Shown here in pieces: positions 30,789-40,353 of a stretch of DNA of 64,000 bases. The DNA lies in assembly GCA_965230935.1 (NCBI GenBank), contig OZ246400.1, positions 848,864 through 912,863 on the forward strand. The letters run 5' to 3'. Source of the stretch: an uncultured Gammaproteobacteria bacterium (GTDB taxonomy: Bacteria; Patescibacteriota; Patescibacteriia; Magasanikbacterales; JBBTQS01). Each line of letters opens with the position of its first letter. Position 1 is the stretch's first letter. The position numbers and the translations under genes were made by a program. The notes under the pieces were generated by a model. The model had not been told where the DNA came from and searched no databases. It saw only the letters and a list, made by a program, of their open reading frames with translations.

Positions 30789-31778
30789 TTATTGAATTGT
30801 CAACATTACAATTTCTGGTGGAGTAAACAACCGCGCACGAGGTCCTGATTCTCCCAAACCGCTGGTGACATACAATAGCTGCCGATTCCACCATCGAGAT
30901 AATCCACGGTAATGCTCTTTAGGCAACCATGTCTCAGCATCACCGATCGGTCCAATAAATGGCAGGCTGATCTGACCCCCATGCGTGTGTCCTGATACTA
31001 TCAAATCAAAGGTGTTGGGGTCAATACCTTGCTCCTCAGCATAGTTTTGAAAATAAAACATGCTGTCCGGGTTGTGTGCAAGCATGAGTATGGCATCGCC
31101 ATCGCCCGTAACCGAGGCAAAATCTTGCTCCAATGCCCAGGGATCATCAGCACCAAAAATAGTGATTGCTTGTTCATGAATCGGTACGGTAACACTTGTG
31201 TTGTCCAGGTAAATAATCCCAAGCGCACGCATGGCATTCTGTACTCTCTGTGCCGCGCTTCCGCTACGGTACGATTGTACTGGATCAGCAATACCATGTT
31301 CATGGTTGCCATGCACTGCATAAAATGGGTATTGCTGCGCAAGAGTGGCAAGTGGAGTTAACCATTGGGTTTCATCTTCAACTGCAGTTCCGTCATTTTG
31401 TACAAAGTCTCCTGGGTACAAAATAAGGTCCGGGTTCTCTTGCGCAACTTGCTTGACGATGCGTTGTACAAAATTGGTTCTGTGGTATGGGCCAGCTTGA
31501 ATGTCAGAGAATAACGCAATGCGGATCGGATGATTGAGTTCTGCTGGGATGTCAATTGTTTCGTGTCGTGTGATAATAATTTTGGGTTCAATAAAACTTC
31601 CATAGAAAATGATCGCTGCAAACAACAAGAAAAGTGTGGCGATGCCACTACTAATTTGCACATGATGGTGCGCCCAACGACCGGGGGTATTTTTGTCGCG
31701 CAAAATAAAATAAGCCACAAGCAGTGGCACCGTAATCAATCCAATAATAATCACATCAAAAAACGCACTGAAGGTCAT
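30789..31778 (-). CDS. Membrane-anchored metallophosphoesterase (calcineurin-like, YkuE-type)
   Basis: GDFV, GNHE and GHTHGG motifs. Confidence 0.8.
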   Translation of the reverse strand: MTFSAFFDVIIIGLITVPLLVAYFILRDKNTPGRWAHHHVQISSGIATLFLLFAAIIFYGSFIEPKIIITRHETIDIPAELNHPIRIALFSDIQAGPYHRTNFVQRIVKQVAQENPDLILYPGDFVQNDGTAVEDETQWLTPLATLAQQYPFYAVHGNHEHGIADPVQSYRSGSAAQRVQNAMRALGIIYLDNTSVTVPIHEQAITIFGADDPWALEQDFASVTGDGDAILMLAHNPDSMFYFQNYAEEQGIDPNTFDLIVSGHTHGGQISLPFIGPIGDAETWLPKEHYRGLSRWWNRQLLYVTSGLGESGPRARLFTPPEIVMLTIQ

Positions 31779-31786
31779 ATAATTTT

Positions 31787-31872
31787 GGTGCCGTGGGAGA
31801 GAATCGAACTCTCACACTGTTGCCAGTACTGGATTTTGAGTCCAGCGCGTCTACCAATTCCGCCACCACGGC
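31787..31872 (-). tRNA. tRNA-Leu (CAA)
   Basis: Acceptor stem GCCGTGG/CCACGGC, anticodon loop CTCAAAA, long variable arm, encoded CCA. Confidence 0.88.
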
Positions 31873-31924
31873 AGCTACCAACGTGTCCATTTTTCTGCTA
31901 TACTTAGGACACAGTGCCATTAGT

Positions 31925-32689
31925 ATGTCGCAAATCATTGCGGTTGTCAACCAGAAAGGAGGGGTCGGGAAAACCACCACTTCAGTGAACCTTGCTGCAG
32001 CATTTGCCCAGCAAGGCAAGTTTGTTTTGTTGGTCGATTTGGACCCTCAGGCAAATGCCACCAGTGGTGTGGGGATTAATCACCGTGAATTATCCCATGG
32101 GCTCTATGATGCACTGATTGGGCAAAAGCCATTTCATCAGATCATCCAAGATACTGCTCACGAAGGGTATCGAATTGCTCCGGCAACTGCAGGTCTATCA
32201 GGAGCAAACATCGAATTGGTCGAAGTTGAAGATCGAGAGTTTCAGTTGTACAAAGTATTACTCGAAGCGCGTCACGCGTATGATTACATTATTATTGATT
32301 GTCCGCCGTCACTTGGGCTATTGACGATTAATGGTTTGGTGGCAGCAGATACGGTCTTGATCCCGGTGCAAGCAGAGTATTATGCACTTGAAGGATTGGG
32401 TTCGCTGCTCCATACGATTAATTTAGTAAAAGAAAATCTTAAACCAGAATTAACGGTTGGTGGTGCAATCCTCACCATGTTTGATAGTCGTAATCGACTT
32501 TCACAAGATGTATTTGAGGAGCTGTACAAATATTTTCCTGACACTATTTTTCGCAGCATTATTCCGCGTACTGTGCGATTGGCTGAGGCACCAAGTTTTG
32601 GTAAAACCATTTTCCATTATGATCCAAGTAGTAAGGGTGCAAAAGCATATCGCCGGCTAGCCCGAGAAGTACTTGAGACGTTAGAGTAA
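31925..32689 (+). CDS. parA: Chromosome partitioning ATPase ParA/Soj
   Basis: Deviant Walker A motif NQKGGVGKTT. The ATG at 31925 is preferred, because the long ORF-track ORF overlaps the tRNA. Confidence 0.92.
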   Translation: MSQIIAVVNQKGGVGKTTTSVNLAAAFAQQGKFVLLVDLDPQANATSGVGINHRELSHGLYDALIGQKPFHQIIQDTAHEGYRIAPATAGLSGANIELVEVEDREFQLYKVLLEARHAYDYIIIDCPPSLGLLTINGLVAADTVLIPVQAEYYALEGLGSLLHTINLVKENLKPELTVGGAILTMFDSRNRLSQDVFEELYKYFPDTIFRSIIPRTVRLAEAPSFGKTIFHYDPSSKGAKAYRRLAREVLETLE

Positions 32690-32694
32690 CCTTT

Positions 32695-33567
32695 ATGGCA
32701 TTAGGACGAGGATTGGGATCACTGATCCCACAGAAACAAACACGAAATCGCGTGCATCGCAGCACGTCAGCTTCTGGTAAAGAAAAAAAGCCAATTGCAC
32801 TGCACGTTGCAGTTAAAGATATCATGATCAATCCTGAGCAGCCACGAAAGAATTTTACCCGTGAGGCCATGCAAGAGTTGATCGCTTCAATTAAAGAGCA
32901 TGGTATTTTGCAACCACTTTTGGTCAGTGAAAAAACAGATGGTACCTATGAGTTGATTGCTGGTGAGCGACGATTGCGCGCAGCACAGATGATCAATTTA
33001 GTAACCGTGCCAGCAGTATTACGCCAGACAAAAGATGATCAAGAAAAATTAGAACTCGCGCTTATTGAAAATATTCAACGTGCTGATTTGAATATTATTG
33101 AAGAAGCGTGTGCGTACGAGCGATTTGTTACTGAATTTGGATTGAGTCCTGAGCAAATTGGCGCACGAGTAGGGAAGGCACGCACCACGGTGACTAACAT
33201 CATGCGACTGTTAAGCTTACCTGATGAAGTTCAAAAGGCATTGATTGACGGAAAACTTTCTATGGGAAAGGCGCGTGCACTTGCTGGTATTACTGATCCC
33301 AAAGAACAGCTCAAGATGTTTGCTGCTATGATCGGTGAGGGAGTAACCGTGCGTGATGTAGAGCAGGCAGTCCAACGCAGCAAGCGTCGAACCGGCGGGA
33401 AAGGGTTGGTACGTCGCGATCCTAATGTAATGGATGCAGAAGACAAGTTGCGCAAGAGGCTTGGTACCAAAGTACGAATCACCAAGCGAGGGGAGAAGGG
33501 AAAAGTAGAAATTGAGTTTTACTCAGCAGAAGAGTATCGCACCGTACTTAGTTCTCTTCTGTCGTAA
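32695..33567 (+). CDS. parB: Chromosome partitioning protein ParB/Spo0J
   Basis: ParB box GERRLRAA and a helix-turn-helix. Confidence 0.92.
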   Translation: MALGRGLGSLIPQKQTRNRVHRSTSASGKEKKPIALHVAVKDIMINPEQPRKNFTREAMQELIASIKEHGILQPLLVSEKTDGTYELIAGERRLRAAQMINLVTVPAVLRQTKDDQEKLELALIENIQRADLNIIEEACAYERFVTEFGLSPEQIGARVGKARTTVTNIMRLLSLPDEVQKALIDGKLSMGKARALAGITDPKEQLKMFAAMIGEGVTVRDVEQAVQRSKRRTGGKGLVRRDPNVMDAEDKLRKRLGTKVRITKRGEKGKVEIEFYSAEEYRTVLSSLLS

Positions 33568-35032
33568 TCTTGTTGAGTAGCCATGACGCCAAATTTTGTT
33601 TGCTGTGTTGTTTGATACAACTGCGTGCATGGTTGGTCTTCGCAAATTTGATCCAGTCAGGACTTGGTCCCTTTCTTTTTTTATCAGTGGTGATGTCAAC
33701 CAAGTCCCCACTCTTGAGCGGTTGGCTCAGTGGTGTCATCGTGTCATTTACTCGCGCTCCAACGCAGGTATTACCAACATCGGTATGGATGGCATAGGCA
33801 AAATCGATTGGTGTCGCATTTTCCGGTAAATCAATTACGTCTCCTTTAGGTGTAAAGACAAAGATGCGATTTTGAAATACGTCGATCTTGAGATGCTCCA
33901 GATCTTGGAGTCGTTGCATAATATCTTTTTGTACTTCAGCTAGTTCTTTAATCCATTGCAATCGCTTTGAAGGAATTCGCGAACCTTGTTCATCATAATG
34001 CCAATGGGATGCAATACCGTACTCAGCATCATCATGCATTTCTTGTGTTCGGATTTGAAATTCTACAATCTCGCCATTGGTACAAAACACGGTTGTGTGA
34101 AGTGACTGATAGCCATTTGGCTTTGGCTGCGCAATGTAGTCTTTGATCCGTCCTTTGAGGGGGCGCCACACTTTATGAATAATTCCTAGAACGGCATAAC
34201 AGTCTGCGACGCTGGGAACGATAATTCGTAGAGCTACAAGATCGTAAATCTTATCAATATTACGATCATACTTCATCAGTTTTTTATACAGACTGTACAA
34301 TCGTTTTGTTCGCCCATGAATATCAAGTGTTGGAATAGACTCTTTTTCGAGCTCTTTTTTGATCTGCCGTTGAATTTGACGCAGATATTTTTCTTTCTCA
34401 TCAAATTGTTCGCTGATCAGGTTTTTTACCCATTTATATTCTTTCGGATATACATATTTAAATGATTCGTCCTCAAGACGTCCTTTCATATCACCCATCC
34501 CAAGACGGTTGGCAATCGGTGCATAGATCTCCAGGCTTTCTAGTGCAATGCGGTATTGCTTTTTTGGGGGGAGTGAGTCAAGTGTTTGAAGGTTATGTAA
34601 TCGGTCGGCAAATTTTACAATCATCACGCGCACATCATTGGCAACGGCCACAAACATTTTACGAAGGTTTTCAATGTACCGTTCTACACCACGATATTTG
34701 AGCTTTCCTAATTTGGTGATTCCTGAAACAATGGTCTCAATGTCTTTTCCAAAGTTCTTTTCAATATCCTCAAGCGTTACATTGGTATCTTCTGGAACAT
34801 CATGCAGCAATGCCGCCAAGATAATAGATTCATGCATTTCCATCTCAGCCAGCAATGTTGCCGCGGCGAGCGGATGGATAATATATGGTTCTCCGGATTT
34901 TCGACGTTGTCCTTTATGAGCATTATTCGCAAAGTCATAGCAGAGTTTGACCAATTCTAAATCCGCCCCTTTGTTTTTGGCGGAAATAGTCTTCAATAGT
35001 CGATCAATGGTATAAGCCTTTGGTTTTGCCAT
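33548..35032 (-). CDS. rel: Short RelA/SpoT homolog (HD hydrolase, synthetase and TGS domains; no C-terminal regulatory domains)
   Basis: HD motif HDVPEDT and a synthetase domain. It ends shortly after the TGS domain, at 494 aa. Confidence 0.9.
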   Translation of the reverse strand: MAKPKAYTIDRLLKTISAKNKGADLELVKLCYDFANNAHKGQRRKSGEPYIIHPLAAATLLAEMEMHESIILAALLHDVPEDTNVTLEDIEKNFGKDIETIVSGITKLGKLKYRGVERYIENLRKMFVAVANDVRVMIVKFADRLHNLQTLDSLPPKKQYRIALESLEIYAPIANRLGMGDMKGRLEDESFKYVYPKEYKWVKNLISEQFDEKEKYLRQIQRQIKKELEKESIPTLDIHGRTKRLYSLYKKLMKYDRNIDKIYDLVALRIIVPSVADCYAVLGIIHKVWRPLKGRIKDYIAQPKPNGYQSLHTTVFCTNGEIVEFQIRTQEMHDDAEYGIASHWHYDEQGSRIPSKRLQWIKELAEVQKDIMQRLQDLEHLKIDVFQNRIFVFTPKGDVIDLPENATPIDFAYAIHTDVGNTCVGARVNDTMTPLSQPLKSGDLVDITTDKKRKGPSPDWIKFAKTNHARSCIKQHSKQNLASWLLNKITTEEN

Positions 35033-35063
35033 ATGGATATCGCTATATTTAGCGTACTCTTGC

Positions 35064-35092
35064 TTGACAATTTTGTCTATATGTGCTATAGT
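35064..35092 (+). promoter_or_regulatory. Near-consensus sigma70-type promoter TTGACA-N17-TGcTATAGT
   Basis: Exact -35 hexamer, 17-bp spacer and an extended -10 element, read directly from the sequence. Confidence 0.55.
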
Positions 35093-35098
35093 CTGCGC

Positions 35099-35160
35099 AG
35101 GTGATGTTTAGGTATAACCTAAGCCAAGAGGGAAACCGCCAGACTGTTGGCGGTTTTTCT
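35099..35160 (+). ncRNA. Candidate small RNA of about 60 nt (promoter to terminator unit, no ORF)
   Basis: It starts about 7 nt after the -10 element. It contains the ttaggt-ata-acctaa hairpin and ends at a strong terminator. Confidence 0.35.
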
Positions 35161-35165
35161 TTTGT
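35134..35165 (+). terminator. Intrinsic terminator (8-bp stem aaccgcca/tggcggtt followed by TTTTTCTTTTGTTTT)
   Basis: Read directly from the sequence. Confidence 0.7.
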
Positions 35166-35281
35166 TTTAGGCAATTTGCTATTGACCAGAGTATGCAGGA
35201 ATGATACCCTATGCTCGTGGTTCGAGAGGGCCTGAGCATCACCATTGGCACGAGGTTACCTCATTCGAGCCACACAAAGTA

Positions 35282-35309
35282 TCCCAGCATTGCTGGGATT
35301 TTTTGTTTG
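35282..35309 (+). terminator. Intrinsic terminator (cccagca/tgctggg followed by TTTTTTGTTTG)
   Basis: Read directly from the sequence. It follows a 10-bp G.U-containing stem at about 35212-35271 that is more stable in the plus sense. Confidence 0.55.
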
Positions 35310-35310
35310 T

Positions 35311-35364
35311 AAATCAAAACGCCCCCTCCTGCGTTGTGCGCGAAATGCGCTGCAGAAGGGGACG
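35311..35364 (-). terminator. Intrinsic terminator of the high-GC lipoprotein gene (13-bp GC-rich stem followed by TTTTGATTT on the minus strand)
   Basis: Stem cgtccccttctgc/gcaggagggggcg containing two G.U pairs in the minus sense. Confidence 0.5.
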
Positions 35365-35421
35365 CCTCAAGTTGTTGGTGAGTGTGTGGATCAGTTGCGC
35401 TGGTGAGGCGCTACCGAAGCA

Positions 35422-36381
35422 TCACTCGCCAGGACAGGTGACGACCTGGTTGAACGATTCGCTCCCGCACGAGTAGTCGTCGCAAACCGTCAGGGTGATG
35501 GTGAACTCGCCGCACTGCACGAACTCGACCGTGGCGTAGGTCTCGGTGTCGTACTTGATCAGCGGGGACTGCACGTCGGCCTCGACCGCCGTGACCTCCC
35601 ACTGGTAGCTGTCCACCATGCCGAAGTGGTCGGTGCTGGAGCCGGACTTGGTCCCGTCGAGGCTGATGTGCTTGAGCGTGTCGATGGCGATCGACTGCGG
35701 CTCGTTGATCAGGTCGATGGGGTTCCAGCTCTGGCTGTACGCCATGGCCTTGATCCGGGCGGTGGGCGCCGGCGCCTGGGTGGCGTAGCCACCGAGGCTG
35801 AGCTCGTAGGTGTGGTTCTCGATCTCAGCCGCGTGCGCCGTGGCCTCGATCGTGAGCACGCCGTAGCGGTACTCAGTGAAATCCACGTCCAGCTCGAGCT
35901 CCTCGTGCGTCTTGGGCTCGAACACGGTCGGGATGGCGCTCTTGTGGCCGGCCTCGATGGTCTGGAACCGGTTCTTGGTCGCCACATCGAAGTCCGCCTC
36001 GCCGTCGCCGTACACCACCACGTCGATCACCTCGACGTCCACGCTGTACTCGCACCCGTTGTGCACCTGGATCATGCGCTGAGTCGCGCCGCCCAGGTAC
36101 GTATCGGGGAACTCGTACGTCGCAGGGATGGTGATGCACTTGGACAGCGCCGCCGCCTCCACGTCCTGCTCGTTGTCGCTCGTCTCGTCGGACCCAGCCA
36201 GCTCGGCCGGCGGCCCCTCGGGCTCACCGTGCTCGCCGAAGCCGCAGTCGCCCTTGTAGATCTCGGCGACCTCCCAGCCGCGCTCGATCGTGGGGTCGGA
36301 CTCGGCCATGCAGCCGATCTGCGGGGTGGCAGCGATGAAAAGGACGAAGATGAGCGACGCGTTGTTGATAACCCGCTTCAT
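35422..36381 (-). CDS. High-GC secreted lipoprotein of unknown function (319 aa, Asp/Glu-rich, three Cys pairs)
   Basis: Signal peptide with a lipobox (FIAATPQIGC) and a GGAGGC RBS. About 65% GC, in sharp contrast to its flanks. The antisense ORF at 35626-36552 is compositional noise. Confidence 0.7.
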   Translation of the reverse strand: MKRVINNASLIFVLFIAATPQIGCMAESDPTIERGWEVAEIYKGDCGFGEHGEPEGPPAELAGSDETSDNEQDVEAAALSKCITIPATYEFPDTYLGGATQRMIQVHNGCEYSVDVEVIDVVVYGDGEADFDVATKNRFQTIEAGHKSAIPTVFEPKTHEELELDVDFTEYRYGVLTIEATAHAAEIENHTYELSLGGYATQAPAPTARIKAMAYSQSWNPIDLINEPQSIAIDTLKHISLDGTKSGSSTDHFGMVDSYQWEVTAVEADVQSPLIKYDTETYATVEFVQCGEFTITLTVCDDYSCGSESFNQVVTCPGE

Positions 36382-36554
36382 GAGAATGCCTCCGTTGCTT
36401 ACTGTCTCTTACTGTTGCGCTCAAACGCCGGCACCTGCCGACTCGTACTTGGGGTAAACCCGTTCCGTAGGGAATACATTTACTGTTTTTGGAAAATGCC
36501 CTCCTTACGAAGCGTTTTCTTAAACAACGTAAAATCAACTCGAAATAACTGAGA

Positions 36555-36583
36555 AGTATAGCACAAAAAAGCAGTTTTGTCAA
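36555..36583 (-). promoter_or_regulatory. Near-consensus promoter TTGACA-N17-TGcTATACT on the minus strand, about 170 nt upstream of the lipoprotein gene
   Basis: Reverse complement of 36555-36583, read directly from the sequence. Confidence 0.5.
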
Positions 36584-36631
36584 GGTTTGAAGGCTTAAAT
36601 AAGCTAATTTTGCTAAAAGTAGCAATAATAA

Positions 36632-36660
36632 AAATTGCCCAAATTGGGCAATTTTTACTT
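36632..36660. terminator. Bidirectional intrinsic terminator downstream of topA (aaattgccc-aaatt-gggcaattt between A and T tracts)
   Basis: Read directly from the sequence. Confidence 0.65.
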
Positions 36661-36679
36661 TTTTCAATTGTGAAGAAAT

Positions 36680-38911
36680 TTATTCTTGATCCGGTGCAGT
36701 TCCTTTATACTTACACACTTTATCACTACATTTAGTCGTGCCTTTGGCCCCGTATACTAAGAGTGATTTACAATCGGGGCATTTTTCTCCAGTAGGCTTA
36801 CTCCAGAGCGCAAAGTCACAATCAGGATATTGATTACAGCCATAAAAACTTCGACCACGTTTGCTCTTCTTTTCAATAATCTCTCCTTTTTTACACTGAC
36901 TACAATTTACTCCGGTCTTTTTTTCAATCGCTTTAATGGTTTTGCAATCCGGATACCCAGTACACCCAAGGAATGGACCATATCGACCATGTTTGAGTGC
37001 CATTGGTTTACCACATTTTTCACACGGCTGCGCATCTGCTTCAAGGGATGCTTCTTGTTCTCGCTCCTCTTTATCAAATGGTTCGGTATGTCGACAATCA
37101 GGATAGCCGGTGCAGGCATAAAATTTTCCAAAGCGGCCAGTTTTAATCACCATGGCCTTACCACAGTCAGTACAGGTTTGATCTGTAGCTTCTTCGGTGA
37201 GTTCTTTTTTGTCAATTGTTTCTTCTTTTTCCATAACCAATTTATTAAATGGTTCATAAAAATCATGTAAAAGCGTAGTCCACTTCTTTTTGCCGTGTGC
37301 GATAGAATCAAGATCAGTTTCCACCTGTGCAGTAAAATCATAATCCACAATTTGTGGAAAGTGTTTGGTAAGAAGGGTATTCACTACCGTGCCGATATCA
37401 GTTGGTTTAAGTCGTTTGTTTTCAGTCCGTGCAACATAATTGCGTTTCTCAATCGTCGCAATGGTCGGTGCATAGGTTGATGGGCGACCAATCCCATGTT
37501 CTTCCAGTACTTTCACCAGCGTTGCATCAGAATAGCGAGCCGGTGGTTCTGTAAAATGCTGTTTTGCTTCTACCGTTTTGGCAGTGACCACTTGCGCTTC
37601 TTCAAGTTCAGGCAATAAGGTTTCTTTGGTGAGCCCGGGGTACACTTTCAAAAATCCTTCAAACGTAATTGTCGAACCACTTGCACGGAACAGATAGGTT
37701 TTCTTCCCGTCATTTTCCACATCAATTGTGGTTTGGGCAAGTTGGGCATCTGCCATTTGAGTTGCCACGGCACGGTTCCAGATAAGCGCATAGAGCTTTA
37801 ATTGGCGCGGGGTTAGATGCCCCTTCATATCTTGCGGTGTGTAATGAATATGTGTTGGACGAATCGCTTCATGCGCTTCTTGCGCACCTTTTGCCTTTTT
37901 GCCAAATACTCGTGGTTTTGTCAGTTGATATTCTTTTCCAAAATGATCTGCAACAAAGCTATTTGCTTCCCCTAAAAATTTTGATGAAAGATTGACGGAG
38001 TCAGTACGCATATACGTAATCAATCCGACTTGTGAACCATCAATGGCAATACCTTCGTATAATTGTTGCGCAATCATCATGGTTTGTTTTGAAGAAAATC
38101 CAAGTCGATTGTTTGCGTCTTGTTGCAGAGTCGAGGTGCGATACGGTGGTTGCGGTGCTTTTTTCTTGTCTTTACGAACCACCTTCGCAATGTGATAGGC
38201 ACTGTCTTTAAGATCATCAGTAATCGCTTTGGCGGATTTCTCAGATTTGATCGCAAACTTATCAAGTTTTTTTCCACCAATGCTATGGAGCTTGGCTTCG
38301 AATGTTTCTTTTTGTTTTGTTTCAAATACACTTGGAATACTCCAATACTCTTTCGGTACAAATGCGGTAATCTCATTTTCACGCTCAACAATTAAGCGCA
38401 TGGCAACCGATTGTACACGTCCAGCTGATAATCCACGCGCTACCTTTTTCCAAAGAAGGGGAGAGAGACGATATCCAACCAAACGATCAAGTACCCGTCG
38501 TGCTTGTTGCGCATCAACCATCTGCATATCAATGGTACGAGGTTGCTTGAGCGCTTCGTCAATAGCATGTTTGGTAATCTCATGAAACGTAATACGCTTT
38601 GATGTTTTAGGATCAAGCCCAAGCGCATGAGCCAAATGCCAAGAGATAGCTTCACCTTCACGATCTTCGTCAGTGGCAAAGTAGATTTCTTCTGCGCGTT
38701 TTGCGGCTTTTTTTAGTTCAGTAATCAGTTTTTTCTTATCATCAGGAATAACATATTCAGGTGCAAAATTATCTTCAACATCGACACCGATTTTGCTTTT
38801 TGGCAAATCTCGAATATGACCAAAAGAGGATTCAACTTTGTATCCCTTTCCTAAAAATTTTGAAATGGTTTTTGCCTTTGTAGGCGACTCAACGATAACA
38901 AGTGATGACAT
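36680..38911 (-). CDS. topA: DNA topoisomerase I with C-terminal zinc ribbons
   Basis: TOPRIM N-terminus (IVESPTKAK) and multiple C4 zinc ribbons. Confidence 0.95.
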   Translation of the reverse strand: MSSLVIVESPTKAKTISKFLGKGYKVESSFGHIRDLPKSKIGVDVEDNFAPEYVIPDDKKKLITELKKAAKRAEEIYFATDEDREGEAISWHLAHALGLDPKTSKRITFHEITKHAIDEALKQPRTIDMQMVDAQQARRVLDRLVGYRLSPLLWKKVARGLSAGRVQSVAMRLIVERENEITAFVPKEYWSIPSVFETKQKETFEAKLHSIGGKKLDKFAIKSEKSAKAITDDLKDSAYHIAKVVRKDKKKAPQPPYRTSTLQQDANNRLGFSSKQTMMIAQQLYEGIAIDGSQVGLITYMRTDSVNLSSKFLGEANSFVADHFGKEYQLTKPRVFGKKAKGAQEAHEAIRPTHIHYTPQDMKGHLTPRQLKLYALIWNRAVATQMADAQLAQTTIDVENDGKKTYLFRASGSTITFEGFLKVYPGLTKETLLPELEEAQVVTAKTVEAKQHFTEPPARYSDATLVKVLEEHGIGRPSTYAPTIATIEKRNYVARTENKRLKPTDIGTVVNTLLTKHFPQIVDYDFTAQVETDLDSIAHGKKKWTTLLHDFYEPFNKLVMEKEETIDKKELTEEATDQTCTDCGKAMVIKTGRFGKFYACTGYPDCRHTEPFDKEEREQEASLEADAQPCEKCGKPMALKHGRYGPFLGCTGYPDCKTIKAIEKKTGVNCSQCKKGEIIEKKSKRGRSFYGCNQYPDCDFALWSKPTGEKCPDCKSLLVYGAKGTTKCSDKVCKYKGTAPDQE

Positions 38912-38961
38912 ACGAAAAAAATACTAACTGTGCTTGAGCATAAATGAGGCTCTGATGATTG

Positions 38962-40344
38962 TCAAATGGTATACGGATTAGCAGCGCGATTTTCAAGAAT
39001 ATCTTGCTCAGATATCCAGTGGGTACGCAACTCACCAGCAAGGAATACTGAGCCGGTAATAAGGACAATATCTTGTGGGTGCGCCCGGTTACGTGCTCGC
39101 GCAAGTGCTTGTTGTGGTTGCGCGTATTGTTTTACATCAGCGCAATACTGTTTGGCGAGTGTTGCAAGCATATGTGGCTGTGCTGATTTACGATAGGTAT
39201 TTTTCGTGAACCGCGTGGTGTATATTGCAGTAGCATGTGGAGCAATCGTGCGGATGATACGTAGCAAATCTTTGTTTTCAGCAATACCAATCACCAGATG
39301 AACCCGCGTGTCTTTGCGGTGTTTACGAATGGCAACAAGAGCATCGCGGGTTGAGCGCATTTTATCTGGATTGTGCGCGCCATCAACAATCACCAGTGGT
39401 GTGTCATAGATTACCTCAAAACAAGTTGGTCGGCTGACAGTTGCTAGACCTTTTTGAGTAGCTATCTTTGATAGTCGAAGCGCATGTGCTGCCTCAATGG
39501 CAAGTGTGGCATTACTTGCTTGGTGTGCACCGATAATCGGCATGGAGTATTGCTGTCTCTGGTAGGTAAACTCGGTGCCAAGTTCGGACAGTATGATATT
39601 GCTTGGCGCACTGACATAATGTATTGTTTTTGGTTTGTGCTTTTTCATCTCCTTTGCAAACACCGCACGAACTGCTTTGGTTTTCTCAGCACTGATAAAG
39701 TGCGTTCCTGATTTAATGATCCCAGCTTTTTCCCAGGCAATTTTGGTTTTGGTTTTGCCCAGCAAGTCCGTGTGATCAAGTCCAACATTGGTAATGATGG
39801 TGACATCAGGAGTGGGGATGGTATTGCTTGCGCTAAAGCGTCCGCCAAGGCCGACCTCAATGACCGCATACTGAACTTTTTTTTGTGCAAAATGCAAAAC
39901 AGTCATGGCAAACATGACTTCAAAAAATGACACCATCCCAAATGGAGAAATCTTGGCGGCAATCGTAAGTGCACGGCGCATTGTTTTGACTAAGCGCGTA
40001 AAGGCAATCAAGGAAATGAATTTTTTATTCACTCGGATACGCTCGATCGCTGTGGTCGGATGCGGGGAGTAGGTTGACCCAACTGATTTGCCGGCAGCGA
40101 GCAGGATTTCATGTACCATCTGTGTGGTAGAGCCTTTACCACTTGTTCCGGTGATATGAATATAATGAGGGATTGCACGTTCGGGGTTGCCGAGCAAATC
40201 TAAAAACCACTGTGTGCGTTGCAAGAAGATCTCGCACTCTTTGTAATTATTCATGTATTCCTTTTTGGGGAATTGGTTGATAAAATCAATCAGCTCTTTG
40301 AGTGATTGATGATAGTCATTGATTTGGGTTTTGCGATAGCGCAT
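38962..40344 (-). CDS. folC: Folylpolyglutamate synthase / dihydrofolate synthase (Mur ligase family)
   Basis: HITGTSGKGST P-loop and an EVGLGGRF motif. Confidence 0.85.
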   Translation of the reverse strand: MRYRKTQINDYHQSLKELIDFINQFPKKEYMNNYKECEIFLQRTQWFLDLLGNPERAIPHYIHITGTSGKGSTTQMVHEILLAAGKSVGSTYSPHPTTAIERIRVNKKFISLIAFTRLVKTMRRALTIAAKISPFGMVSFFEVMFAMTVLHFAQKKVQYAVIEVGLGGRFSASNTIPTPDVTIITNVGLDHTDLLGKTKTKIAWEKAGIIKSGTHFISAEKTKAVRAVFAKEMKKHKPKTIHYVSAPSNIILSELGTEFTYQRQQYSMPIIGAHQASNATLAIEAAHALRLSKIATQKGLATVSRPTCFEVIYDTPLVIVDGAHNPDKMRSTRDALVAIRKHRKDTRVHLVIGIAENKDLLRIIRTIAPHATAIYTTRFTKNTYRKSAQPHMLATLAKQYCADVKQYAQPQQALARARNRAHPQDIVLITGSVFLAGELRTHWISEQDILENRAANPYTI

Positions 40345-40353
40345 GAAGGTATT

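Noticed and set aside
31793-31924. N-terminal extension of parA in the ORF track (start at 31793).
   Set aside because: It overlaps tRNA-Leu on the opposite strand. The canonical ParA N-terminus MSQIIAVVNQKGGVGKTT starts at 31925.
35205-35280. Tested whether the structured segment (ggttcgag...ctcattcgagccac) is a tRNA or tRNA-like element.
   Set aside because: I could not build a cloverleaf on either strand. There is no acceptor stem with a discriminator or CCA, and no D or T arms with conserved GG or TTC placement.
35201-35476. 91-aa ORF (MIPYARGSRGPEHHHW...) in the rel/island 1 spacer.
   Set aside because: It runs across two intrinsic terminators and the island terminator, has no RBS, and its composition is not protein-like. 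The region is better explained as structured RNA and terminators.
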